Shown here: positions 53,524 to 62,666 of the stretch, piece by piece
How the letters are laid out: each line of letters opens with the position of its first letter
Numbering within the stretch: position 1 is the stretch's first letter
IMG/VR virus record: IMGVR_UViG_3300043419_001095
Reading direction: 5' to 3' (one strand)
Origin: an uncultured virus (IMG/VR IMGVR_UViG_3300043419_001095)
Lineage: Duplodnaviria; Heunggongvirae; Uroviricota; Caudoviricetes
DNA: 64,000 nucleotides
The notes under the pieces: model-generated
What the model was told of the DNA's origin: nothing
What the model saw: only the letters and a program-made list of their open reading frames with translations
Databases searched by the model: none
Program-made: the position numbers and the translations under genes

Positions 53524-55515
53524 TTATTTCCCCTTTACAGGACCGCCTTCAAGCATCTTCATGAGTTTGTACATGCGCGCCGCGCCCTTGCGGCGACTTC
53601 CGTTGCCGGCATTGCGCACAGCTTTGGCAGTGAAGACGAACTCGCCATCCGACAGCATGGCCGGGATGTCGTCCGAGGTCCCAGTGCCGGGGCCGCTGAT
53701 TGGACCCGTCTTGCGAGGGAAGTTTGTGGGCACAGGCGCACCACCCTTGGCAAAGTTTTGTACGGGCATCTGCTCGTAGAACATCGGCAGGCCATACATG
53801 CCTGCAACGTTGTAAGGCTGCGGTATGCCAGAGGGGGCACGTGTGATGCCGGTGGGCACAACTGGTGCAGCGCTCATCAACGGCATGGCTGCGGAGTAAT
53901 CTGTGCTCACGATCGGATTAAAAGATGGGTTGATCGTAGGTGACTCCAGGCCGAAGCCGCCCTGCCGTATCAGCTTGTCCCGCTCGTTGGCCAAACGCAC
54001 AGACTCGTTGTATCGGTCAGTCTCGGCCTTCGAGATGGGGTTGGTGTTGTCCTTGGCCTTGAAGCCGCCCAGTGCACCTGCTCCGAGGAGGCCCAGGCCG
54101 ATCTTTGGAACCAGGCCCATGCCTGCGGCTGCTGCAGGAGCAGCAGCGGTAGGTGCACCCGTTGCACTGACGGTGCTTGGAGTCAGGGCAGCTGTAGGAG
54201 CAGCGGGGGAAGGGCCAAACATCCGGCTGAAGAAGCCCTGGGACTCGGTGCCAGCAGGCGCTGTAGGCGCGATAGGCGCTGCGCCAGGCATGTTTGGAGA
54301 GCCAAACGACATCCGCTGATCAGGGATAGTCGAGAGCATGCTCCTGGCCGTGCCGTCGCTTTGCATGCCCGAAAACGGACTTTCTGGCTGCATGGCTGCC
54401 TGGGACTGGGGTTGAGCAGGTGTGCTCGGGGCTCCGGCTCGCGAGTTTTCAAGGCCCTGCAACGCAGCAGCCGACAGACCGGACATCAGACCGGACCTCA
54501 AAGCATCCTGAGTGCTCATGCCGCCGAGCTTGCCGATACCGGCACCCAGGACGCCAGTGGCCAAGCCGGTGTTCAACGCACTGCCTGCAGCACCTGGCAG
54601 GAAGCGGCTGAGCGTGCCCATGGGGCTGAAGCCGCCGATAGTGCCGCCGCCGCCAAAATAACCGGTGGCTCCGGCCATCAAGGCCTCTTTGAGGCTACCG
54701 CCACCGGCCAGAGTCACGCCACCAGCCGCCACAGCAGCAGTTCCTGCCTTGCCCAGCGTCATGCCGACGGCCGTTGGTCCGAGGACAGCGGCCAAACCCA
54801 CTGTGGCCAGGACACGGCCAACAGGGTTCTGAAGCACCTTCTTGAGGGCACCGCCGATCTTCTTAAAGGCCTTCTTGAGGAAGAACTCAGGCAGGCCCGT
54901 GACCGGGTTGATCGTGCCCGAGCCGCCACGGCTCTTGAGCAACCGGGCTTCATCTGGGGTGATGTGGGCCAGCATGGTGTCGCCATTGCGGCCCTGAGCG
55001 GCCAGGTAAGACGCCACGTCGGCCAAACCGCCTTGGGCCATGGCCAACGGTTGAGTTCCGTCGAGGCCCTGCATGGCATCTACCCCCTGCACAGGAGGCA
55101 TGTCCGTCATGGGGGCCTGTGCCCCTTCAAACTGCATCAGCTGCATCTCATGCAAGAGGGAGATCAGTGCGCCCAGAAACTCTGGGTCGTATTCTTCCGG
55201 CATGTCTTCGGGGTCGATGACGTCGGTATTGATGAGGTTTTGACGCAGCTGGTTGTACTCAGCGGGGTTCTGAGACATGTAGACCAGGGTCTCAAGCAGG
55301 GAACTGATCTCGTTCGGTGACAGTTCCACGTCAGCCAAGCTCTCGCGCATGGTCTGTTTGAGAGCAGCGTACTCTTCAGGGCTGCGCTCCTGAAGCACCG
55401 TTTGGGCTGCGTCGTAAGAGTCAGCGCTTGAAACAATGGGACGGTCGTCCGCAGGCGCTTCGCTCTGCATGGGCATGCCGTCTTGGGGCAGCGCCATGAT
55501 TCCTTCATTTACCAT
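53524..55515 (-). CDS. internal virion protein
   Basis: GRNGDTMLAHI...INPVTGLPEF, Gly/Ala membrane-like helices, C-terminal GPGTGTSDDIPAMLSDGEFV. Confidence 0.7.
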   Translation of the reverse strand: MVNEGIMALPQDGMPMQSEAPADDRPIVSSADSYDAAQTVLQERSPEEYAALKQTMRESLADVELSPNEISSLLETLVYMSQNPAEYNQLRQNLINTDVIDPEDMPEEYDPEFLGALISLLHEMQLMQFEGAQAPMTDMPPVQGVDAMQGLDGTQPLAMAQGGLADVASYLAAQGRNGDTMLAHITPDEARLLKSRGGSGTINPVTGLPEFFLKKAFKKIGGALKKVLQNPVGRVLATVGLAAVLGPTAVGMTLGKAGTAAVAAGGVTLAGGGSLKEALMAGATGYFGGGGTIGGFSPMGTLSRFLPGAAGSALNTGLATGVLGAGIGKLGGMSTQDALRSGLMSGLSAAALQGLENSRAGAPSTPAQPQSQAAMQPESPFSGMQSDGTARSMLSTIPDQRMSFGSPNMPGAAPIAPTAPAGTESQGFFSRMFGPSPAAPTAALTPSTVSATGAPTAAAPAAAAGMGLVPKIGLGLLGAGALGGFKAKDNTNPISKAETDRYNESVRLANERDKLIRQGGFGLESPTINPSFNPIVSTDYSAAMPLMSAAPVVPTGITRAPSGIPQPYNVAGMYGLPMFYEQMPVQNFAKGGAPVPTNFPRKTGPISGPGTGTSDDIPAMLSDGEFVFTAKAVRNAGNGSRRKGAARMYKLMKMLEGGPVKGK

Positions 55516-55520
55516 GATAG

Positions 55521-55585
55521 TCCTTTCCAGTTTTTGCCAGTAGCCTCACGTGGGGCTGCGCGCCGGGAAAGGACGCGTGAATGGC
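55521..55585 (-). ncRNA. candidate RBS-sequestering pseudoknot leader
   Basis: UCCUUUCC (55566-55573) is a perfect complement of the RBS GGAAAGGA (55521-55528) and sits in a CGCG/CGCG hairpin loop; promoter TGGACA-18 bp-GATAAT at 55590-55619. Confidence 0.45.
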
Positions 55586-55623
55586 TGAAATTATCCAACA
55601 AAAAGTCAAGTTTTGTCCACTCA

Positions 55624-55956
55624 TTAGGACCTGTCCATCTCTAAAAAGGACAATTGGAAGTCGACTGTGGCCACGCTGGAGGTGACTTTTAGGATGTCCC
55701 CGGTTTCCATGATGCACGGAACGCCGCTGAAAACGTCCATGGTCTGGTTCGCGGGCAGTGAATAGCTCTTCAACAGGGCAAACGCCGTGGCCCCGCCGCT
55801 TGGAAAGACATTCACGGACAACGAGGCCACGTTTGCATTGCGATTGGTCACGCGCAGGGAGGACAAAACGGACGTGTTGGCACTGGGCACGGTGTAGATC
55901 GTAGTCTCCGTGGCCGCTGACGGGGTCAGGTGCTTGCGCAGGTATTTGTTTGCCAT
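55624..55956 (-). CDS. small tail-associated beta protein
   Basis: TTIYTVP...LRVTN...METGDILKV. Confidence 0.7.
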   Translation of the reverse strand: MANKYLRKHLTPSAATETTIYTVPSANTSVLSSLRVTNRNANVASLSVNVFPSGGATAFALLKSYSLPANQTMDVFSGVPCIMETGDILKVTSSVATVDFQLSFLEMDRS

Positions 55957-55957
55957 G

Positions 55958-56671
55958 TCACATCGCCGATAAGAAGTTGATGGTGAGGATCACCGACGGA
56001 ATTTCGGGGCGTGTCGGCGTGCTTTGGGCCGGATAGTGCTCCAAAAACACTTCAGTGCTGCTGGCCCACCAAGCAATCTCCAGATAATTGGTGGATGGGT
56101 CGTTGACCGTGAAGATGCCTGTGATGGCCGGGACAACATGGCCCCAGGTAGAGCTGTTTTTACGAACTGGGACGTCAAATCGAGTGTTACTGGAGGGGTA
56201 ATTGACGCTGGTGTCCTTGGCCCATACCTCAAACTCTTGCACCGCGTTGCTGCGGTTGGAGACCTGCAAGGTAAATGTTACCAAATACTGCCCGCCGCAT
56301 GGCACGTAAATCTTGCTGTTGTCGACCACGCGAACGCCATTGGACAGTCCGACTACGTCATAGGTCAGCAGTTTTTCTGCAGTGGTACTGACGAGACCCT
56401 GGTCCAGGTTGGAAATCAGCATCGCATGAGGCAAGATGATGCCGTTGGAGAGCTGAAACCCCCGCAACCCGCCAGCAAAACCGCCGCCTGCTCCGCCGCC
56501 CATGCCCATCCACGTGGCCGCAGCGGCAGTGTCTTGACTGGTGGTCGGGGTGTAGGTGTTGTTGAGCTGGAAAATGACCTGCTCGAGAGAACGCACCAGC
56601 TGGTTAAACTGCGCCGGATCGTAGCCCGCCTGGGTCGCGTTGGGCAGACGGACGTTGTTGATCTTGCTCAT
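55958..56671 (-). CDS. tail-associated structural protein
   Basis: LPNA...YD...NQLVRSLE anchor and C1q/TNF-like beta C-terminal domain. Confidence 0.65.
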   Translation of the reverse strand: MSKINNVRLPNATQAGYDPAQFNQLVRSLEQVIFQLNNTYTPTTSQDTAAAATWMGMGGGAGGGFAGGLRGFQLSNGIILPHAMLISNLDQGLVSTTAEKLLTYDVVGLSNGVRVVDNSKIYVPCGGQYLVTFTLQVSNRSNAVQEFEVWAKDTSVNYPSSNTRFDVPVRKNSSTWGHVVPAITGIFTVNDPSTNYLEIAWWASSTEVFLEHYPAQSTPTRPEIPSVILTINFLSAM

Positions 56672-58521
56672 CGGATGCCATCCGGTTGAATGTCAACGCG
56701 CATCGTGCCAAAGCGCCAGTTGGTATCCACCTCAGTACTCTCAATGCGCAGTTGAATCTGACGACCTCGTGCGCGCGTGTCCACCTTGTCCGTGGTGGGC
56801 GTGATGGTGTAGGGGTCCAAAGAGCTTGGTGTAGCACTGGTCTGTGGGTACAGACGCAAGAGCAGCCGCACCGTCAGGTCACCGACTTGGTTCTTGAAGT
56901 CCGGGATAAACCGCTTCATGAAGAGCACCTGGTCACCGTCTCCGATGTCGAAGTAGCCTGAGTAGACATACGCAAAGATGGGGCTGCCATCATCGTTGAC
57001 GCCGGTTTCCTGGTTGTACAGGATAGACCTGCCCGGCGTCAGCCCAGCGATTGGAGTGAGGCTTGCTTGCGTTGCCAGGGGATCGTACTTCGTGGCCAAG
57101 GGCCGTGGGAATGAGCCCGTGTCCCGCCATGCTGTGCGTGCCAGCGTGCCGATGGACCAAACGTTTTCCAGGTAGTTGTACGTCACGCAGCGGTTGACAT
57201 ATGAGCTGTCGGCCGTCGGATAGAACCACGTCACCTCGTTGAACTGGTTATTGATCGCCACGTTGACGGCAAAGCCCTGTCCAAGGTTGATGTTGTCATA
57301 CACGTAATCCTGCACAGAAGAAGGCAGCTTCTTTACCGTACCGTCAAAGACAAAGAAGGCGTCCTTGCTCATCCAGTACGCCACGCCGTTGACGTCAGCA
57401 CAGGCATGTGGGCCGATGATGCCGCAGTTTGCGCCCAACTGTTGAAAGCCGAATGTGAAAGGCGGTCCAAGAAACTGCTGGCCGTGCAAGGCAGTATCCG
57501 TCCAAATCAAAATCTGGCCACGCGAGCGCAGTGCAGAGATGATCTCGTTGCCGTCCGTGAGCCGTTGTCCGCCGGCCGTGTTGGTGGCGGTGGCCACAAA
57601 GTCTCCGATGTTTTCCTGGCTTGAAAAGCGCACGAACATGGGGTCTTGGCTGGTTGGATCACCGAGCACGGACTCCGTGCCAAAGCACACCAAGTGCCTG
57701 TCAGGCGTGGAAATCAGGGCAAAGGCGCTTCTTGTCGGTGCCCCTACGATGGCAGTGGCCCGTACGCTAAGCCCCGAGTTCGGAGACCACTGGTAAATCG
57801 CCCCGTTCACCAACTGCATGATCAGGTCTTCACCGTAATTGTCAAACTGCCAGACTCGTGACCCCAGGGCAAGGCCCAAGACAGTAGGCGGACGGGGCGT
57901 GTTCCACGCAAAGGCGTTCCAGGGCCCTGTGTTCCACCCGTAATCGAAGAAGCTGACGTCGCTGCCTACGTTGATCTGATACACCGCGTTGGCCGATCCA
58001 GCGGCAGTGGCATTAGATGTAGCAGGAGTCGGGGACAAGATCGTGTACTGACTGGCAGTCAAGACCTGTTGAATCTCAAACTCCCCCGTCAAGCTGGCAT
58101 TCGTGATGCCACCAGGATTGCCTGTAACCGTGTTGAATGTCACAAAATCCCCGACCACCGCACCGTGGCTGGCGTCGTTGACCGTGACCACGGCCGAGCC
58201 GTTGGTGGTAGTGAAAGTGACGGTGTCAGTTGCACGAATGGGGGTGATGTCTGCCCAGTCCCCGCCGTAGTAAACGTAAACCTTGCGATTGGTTCCGAGG
58301 ACCATGTAGGGCGTGCCGTCCAGCGCGTTCCAAGTGAAAACTTCGGAGACCGAGCCCACGAAATGAATCTGCGGGGTGTTGAACGACTCCCAGCCGCCTA
58401 CCTTCTCGGGCAGCCCGTAACGGAATCGCACAAAATCCGCATCTACCCAGCCGCCCTCAGCACCGTATTCGGTGTTTTGCTTGTCAACGCCGGGTTTGAG
58501 AAAGAGTCGAAGAAGTGCCAT
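56668..58521 (-). CDS. tail nozzle/stabilisation protein (P22 gp10-like)
   Basis: KPGVDKQNTEY...VRFRYGLPEKVGGW...FNEVTWFYP...RARGRQ...PDG; beta-propeller-type pattern. Confidence 0.75.
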   Translation of the reverse strand: MALLRLFLKPGVDKQNTEYGAEGGWVDADFVRFRYGLPEKVGGWESFNTPQIHFVGSVSEVFTWNALDGTPYMVLGTNRKVYVYYGGDWADITPIRATDTVTFTTTNGSAVVTVNDASHGAVVGDFVTFNTVTGNPGGITNASLTGEFEIQQVLTASQYTILSPTPATSNATAAGSANAVYQINVGSDVSFFDYGWNTGPWNAFAWNTPRPPTVLGLALGSRVWQFDNYGEDLIMQLVNGAIYQWSPNSGLSVRATAIVGAPTRSAFALISTPDRHLVCFGTESVLGDPTSQDPMFVRFSSQENIGDFVATATNTAGGQRLTDGNEIISALRSRGQILIWTDTALHGQQFLGPPFTFGFQQLGANCGIIGPHACADVNGVAYWMSKDAFFVFDGTVKKLPSSVQDYVYDNINLGQGFAVNVAINNQFNEVTWFYPTADSSYVNRCVTYNYLENVWSIGTLARTAWRDTGSFPRPLATKYDPLATQASLTPIAGLTPGRSILYNQETGVNDDGSPIFAYVYSGYFDIGDGDQVLFMKRFIPDFKNQVGDLTVRLLLRLYPQTSATPSSLDPYTITPTTDKVDTRARGRQIQLRIESTEVDTNWRFGTMRVDIQPDGIR

Positions 58522-58555
58522 GAGTGCGCCTTATTTCGTTGGTCCGCAGCCGTGG

Positions 58556-58714
58556 TCACCCCTTTGCGGCGCGCATGTTGTCAACCAGGTTGGGGTACGG
58601 ACGGCCTGCTTTTTTGGCAGCAGCTTTTGCCGCCGCCTTCTTGGCAGGGGTCAAAGCCTTGGGTTTTCCAAGGCTCTTAGGGCGTTTCTTGTCCCAGATC
58701 GGCGTGGCTTTCAT
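58556..58714 (-). CDS. 52-aa Lys/Ala-rich basic protein (not in ORF track)
   Basis: MKATPIWDKKRPKSLGKPKALTPAKKAAAKAAAKKAGRPYPNLVDNMRAAKG; GGAG RBS. Confidence 0.7.
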   Translation of the reverse strand: MKATPIWDKKRPKSLGKPKALTPAKKAAAKAAAKKAGRPYPNLVDNMRAAKG

Positions 58715-58725
58715 AAAAACTCCAG

Positions 58726-58941
58726 TTATTTCATGGTCATGCCTGAGGCAGCAGGGATGGTTGTGATTTCGATGGCAACCGACTTCTGAAGGTTCAAGGC
58801 GTTGCCGCAGTCTGAGCAGGTGTCAGCGTCCAGTTCCGCCGGGTCCAGGTCATAGCCACACGCGCCACAGACCACCTCCACCAAATGAGAAGGCTCAATA
58901 CCGCCTTCAGGCAGTGTTCGGGACGGATTTTGTACTCTCAT
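58726..58941 (-). CDS. small CxxC-CxxC zinc-ribbon protein
   Basis: CGAC...CSDC; start placed at MRVQNP. Confidence 0.7.
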   Translation of the reverse strand: MRVQNPSRTLPEGGIEPSHLVEVVCGACGYDLDPAELDADTCSDCGNALNLQKSVAIEITTIPAASGMTMK

Positions 58942-59002
58942 TGGAAAGACCTTTCTGCTATCAAATAGCCCCAATTACACCACCATTCACCCCGCATGTC
59001 AC

Positions 59003-59665
59003 CTAGGCTTGCATGCTCTGCATCGCACTGGCGTAGCGCTTCTTGCGGTCGTCAATGCCGATCAAGCCCCCGTTGATCTTCCTGGTCAACCCTTCAATGT
59101 CTTCGGCATCGGCAAAGGCATTGCATTTGTTGGTTGACCAAAACCAGGCGGCAGAGCGGGCAGCGTACACGGGCTCCAGCAACATGTCAGGATTGCTTAC
59201 AAGATCGACCCCAAGCCCAGCGCTGCAGGCACGGTGATTATCCTTGCCGGTGAGCTGTTTGAGGCCTCTTCCCCGGTACTTCCACCCTTCACCAGACTCG
59301 GTAGGGCCGTTGCCCATGCGGTTGCTGTACACCACGTTGGCGATCATCTCCGGCTTGCGGTGAAGGGCAAGGGCGAACTTGTTGGGCTGGTTCTTGCCGT
59401 CCTTCTTGACAGGCTTGCCATCAGGGCCAAGCACCGCGAAGCGTTTTGGCCAAATTCCGGCCATGCCATCAGCGCTGTAGTTCAGGTTTTCCTGCAGGCG
59501 CTCAAAGCCGCCCGACTCGTGAGCGCACTGGGACAAAAAGCCTGCGATCCGCTGCGGGGTGCTGATGCTGAACTCCGCGCAGGCATTGGCCACAGCATCC
59601 GCCCACTTCTCGGCAGTGGCCTGTTTCACCCCAGCGGCGACGATGTGGTGAACCTGCGGAATCAT
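59003..59665 (-). CDS. endolysin, glycoside hydrolase family 19
   Basis: FLSQCAHESGGF...ENLNYS...YRGRGLKQLTG...SAAWFW...TRKINGG. Confidence 0.92.
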   Translation of the reverse strand: MIPQVHHIVAAGVKQATAEKWADAVANACAEFSISTPQRIAGFLSQCAHESGGFERLQENLNYSADGMAGIWPKRFAVLGPDGKPVKKDGKNQPNKFALALHRKPEMIANVVYSNRMGNGPTESGEGWKYRGRGLKQLTGKDNHRACSAGLGVDLVSNPDMLLEPVYAARSAAWFWSTNKCNAFADAEDIEGLTRKINGGLIGIDDRKKRYASAMQSMQA

Positions 59666-60138
59666 TTCTTGTCCTTATTCCGGCTGCCCAGAGACGACCC
59701 CAGGAGGAACTGGAACATGGCCGCGACCATCGTACCGAGAACGAACCCAAGGATGGTGTCAGCAAAACGCACGTTGTCTTTGGGAATGTCCAAAAACGTG
59801 ATGCAGCCAATGTAGGCGGCGCACAAGACAGACCAGAAGGAGATGAAGTAGTAGACGAACCTGCGCACCAGTGGATCATTCGAGTCCATTGCCTTGAGCT
59901 GCATGTCCCGTGCGCCTTGCATGTTCTTCAGGTCGATCTCAGCCATGAACTCTTCGTGCTTGGCTGCTTCAGCGCTCCACTTGGCGTAGTCCTCTTTGGT
60001 TGCCTCGCCCTCAGGCTTAAGCTGGATACCCATCTTGTCCTGGACGTAATCCACGCCCTTGTCGATGACGGCATCCGCCACCTTGTGCATGTTGTTCTGG
60101 ATCAGTCCAGAGACGATCGAAGCGATGATCGGAAGCAT
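59662..60138 (-). CDS. holin-like membrane protein
   Basis: ARDMQ motif, two TM helices, GSSLGSRNKD tail; directly upstream of the endolysin. Confidence 0.65.
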   Translation of the reverse strand: MLPIIASIVSGLIQNNMHKVADAVIDKGVDYVQDKMGIQLKPEGEATKEDYAKWSAEAAKHEEFMAEIDLKNMQGARDMQLKAMDSNDPLVRRFVYYFISFWSVLCAAYIGCITFLDIPKDNVRFADTILGFVLGTMVAAMFQFLLGSSLGSRNKDKK

Positions 60139-60755
60139 CAGTTGCCCCTTTTGGTTAACATGGCGCTGGCGATTTCCAGCATGAATTTTACTTGGTCAAG
60201 GTCCTTGGGCGGCTCTGTCCAGCCTACAGTAACTTGGCCCACGAACCTGAAACTGTCTGGCGGCACGCTCACCCGGCAGGTGTACGCCACGCCCTTCTCC
60301 AAGTACCACAGGCCTACCTCAGACTGCGCGTAACGATATTCTCCGCAAGGAATCTCGTTGGTCATCAGCTTTACAACATCCGCATTGTTGGAAGGATTTT
60401 GGCTGAACAATCCGACGTCGATGTCCTCAATGCTTTTGTCTCTGCCGTCCTTGGTGTAGGCCCGATACAGCACTCGACTGTTGAACAAGGGGTTGACCTT
60501 GAAGACTGCCACCACCGTAGCCCCAGTCTTCTTCATCAGCATCGAGCCCACATCATCGGCACGGCTGGTATTGATCTCCGGCAGCTTTTTAGACTCCTTG
60601 TAGGCGTCTCGCATGAACTCCTGGTTCTGCCACAAGAAATACCCGGCAAAGGCCACGACGCCCATCACAAGGATGGCAAACAACTTGAATGGCGAGTCCA
60701 CATACCCGAGCACTTTGTCGAGTGTGGTGTTGGCGTTCAGCTTCTCGTCGCTCAT
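60138..60755 (-). CDS. single-TM protein with GAF-like soluble domain (possible T4 T-type holin)
   Basis: TM at residues 23-42; C-terminal domain with two Cys and CRVSVPP...FVGQVTVGW. Confidence 0.55.
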   Translation of the reverse strand: MSDEKLNANTTLDKVLGYVDSPFKLFAILVMGVVAFAGYFLWQNQEFMRDAYKESKKLPEINTSRADDVGSMLMKKTGATVVAVFKVNPLFNSRVLYRAYTKDGRDKSIEDIDVGLFSQNPSNNADVVKLMTNEIPCGEYRYAQSEVGLWYLEKGVAYTCRVSVPPDSFRFVGQVTVGWTEPPKDLDQVKFMLEIASAMLTKRGN

Positions 60756-61198
60756 CTCAGGTGCAGCATGTACAAAACAATGCCGTAAATAATCAGCCCA
60801 GCCAGGATTACCGTAGCGATCCCGACCGCAATGTACTCAACCAATCGCTCCATTTTGGCCTTGCGTAGCCTGGCTGCTTTTTCTGCGGCCTCTTGGGCTT
60901 CCCTGCGCTTGCGAGCGGCGGCGGCTTGAAACTGCACCCAATCGTTCCACATGCCCGGACGTCCGGCGTAGACCATGCGTTCACGAAGCTCTTCTTCCTG
61001 CAGCCGGAGCTGCTCCAGCGCCATGAACTCCTCAAGGTCGGAGCCGCCGCCTTTCTTGTTGACGCTCTCTTGGATTTTTGCTTTGTTGTCAAAGTAATCA
61101 AAGACCTTGGAGCCCAAGGCTGACAGCTCCTTGCCGTTGGCAAGCGCTGCTTTGATTACCGAGAAAGCCGCATTTGCTGCTGCAATTTCTGCCAACAT
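60752..61198 (-). CDS. coiled-coil protein with C-terminal TM helix
   Basis: MLAEIAAANAAF...EEELRE...PGMW...; hydrophobic tail; lysis-module context. Confidence 0.7.
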   Translation of the reverse strand: MLAEIAAANAAFSVIKAALANGKELSALGSKVFDYFDNKAKIQESVNKKGGGSDLEEFMALEQLRLQEEELRERMVYAGRPGMWNDWVQFQAAAARKRREAQEAAEKAARLRKAKMERLVEYIAVGIATVILAGLIIYGIVLYMLHLR

Positions 61199-61203
61199 AC
61201 CTG

Positions 61204-61296
61204 TCACCTAAACAACGGAATGACAACATGGGCACACCAGATAATGAGCCCAACAACAAGGACCGCAGCGATGAAACTAACGGCCCAATCTTTCAT
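61204..61296 (-). CDS. 30-aa single-TM peptide (not in ORF track)
   Basis: MKDWAVSFIAAVLVVGLIIWCAHVVIPLFR; fills the gap between neighbours. Confidence 0.55.
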   Translation of the reverse strand: MKDWAVSFIAAVLVVGLIIWCAHVVIPLFR

Positions 61297-61298
61297 GC

Positions 61299-62666
61299 CT
61301 AGAGGGCCTCCTCAGTTACCACCAGCGTGCCGGTCGAGCTTGTGGCTGTGGGAGTCAATATCGGTTGCGAATTGGAACTGTTTGTAGGCGAGTAGGAGAA
61401 ACCAGTCAAGCCTGCTGAAGTTGCGGTATTAGTCGTGGCGTTGTATGTATATGTTCTGGCGTTTAAGACAACAGAGTTTCCTACCCCAGCGCCGCTTCCC
61501 GGCATTTTTAAAATAAAACTGCTGGTTACGCCGTCGAGAGACTGCCTCACGGTTACATACATATTGTCCGATGAGTCCATTGCGATGCGGACACCCGACA
61601 AATACAGGTTGTTAACTGACGACGACAAACTTCTCTGCCATACAAGTGCTCCGGTAGAGGCATCGTATTTGGCAAGTTGAACATCGCTTCCAACTCTTGC
61701 CCCTGAAACGCTCATGCTACCGCACACATAGACGTGTGTTTTGCTGGCATCCATGCACACGCCATTTACAACGATGTCCAGGCTGGAATTGGCATTCTGA
61801 AGCAGCTGCTGCCATGAAATGGCTCCATTCGAAGCATATTTTATGAGAACTGCCGATCCAATGAAGGAGGTGTTATATGTCTGTACCGCGTTGTAAAAAA
61901 CCCCGCTCGATTCCCCTGCAACGACCGCAACCCCCTCCTGTCTTTTGTTTCCTTCTGGGTCTCTTTGGGTCACGCCCACCACTGTTTCCCCTGTCGACTG
62001 AGAGCAGGTGAGAGCATGCCCGTCATAAAAAACAAATCCCCCGGAGCCGTTTATCCCAGTCATGACAAATTCACTTGTGGAACGGATAGCTACTGAGTAC
62101 GCCGTTTCAGAGAAGGTACTGGTGGCCCCGATGTTTCTTCGATACTGAATGGTCCCAGAGGAATCAAACTTGGCAACGTACATGTCTGACGTTGCTGTGG
62201 TGAAAAGGTTCCCAGTGCCGACGCAATAGAGACTGTCCGACGCATCTACTGCAACCGCGTAAAACTGCGTATTACCGTTTATGCGACGTTGCCACTGAAC
62301 GACACCGCTGCTGTTGAGTTTTATCACGTAGCCCGTGAAAATTGTGTTAAAGCTATCGTATTTTCCACCGGCGATTACGACGTTACCCGCAGAGTCAATA
62401 TCAATGCCTCCCCCGAATGGGTAATCTGAGCCATCAGCAAGGGTAGTTTGCCAGGTTACTGTTCCATCAAGAGCCAGCCTTAAAACAGTTAGTTGCGTCG
62501 TTCCGGAAGCTGAGGTGCCCACGGACAGGTTCAACTGATCGCTTTTTATAACTAGATAAGGAGCGGAAACTTCTGCTCCGTTGGGGTTAGTTATGGACGC
62601 GAAGAATCCAACAGGTGCTGGGCCTCCTCCAAAACTGGTAAGCAGAACGTTTAGGATTCCGCTCAT
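61299..62666 (-). CDS. beta-propeller-like tail-associated (receptor-binding) protein
   Basis: Repeated (K/R)xxxxGxxxWQ and DSSxNxY blades; lower GC than neighbours. Confidence 0.7.
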   Translation of the reverse strand: MSGILNVLLTSFGGGPAPVGFFASITNPNGAEVSAPYLVIKSDQLNLSVGTSASGTTQLTVLRLALDGTVTWQTTLADGSDYPFGGGIDIDSAGNVVIAGGKYDSFNTIFTGYVIKLNSSGVVQWQRRINGNTQFYAVAVDASDSLYCVGTGNLFTTATSDMYVAKFDSSGTIQYRRNIGATSTFSETAYSVAIRSTSEFVMTGINGSGGFVFYDGHALTCSQSTGETVVGVTQRDPEGNKRQEGVAVVAGESSGVFYNAVQTYNTSFIGSAVLIKYASNGAISWQQLLQNANSSLDIVVNGVCMDASKTHVYVCGSMSVSGARVGSDVQLAKYDASTGALVWQRSLSSSVNNLYLSGVRIAMDSSDNMYVTVRQSLDGVTSSFILKMPGSGAGVGNSVVLNARTYTYNATTNTATSAGLTGFSYSPTNSSNSQPILTPTATSSTGTLVVTEEAL

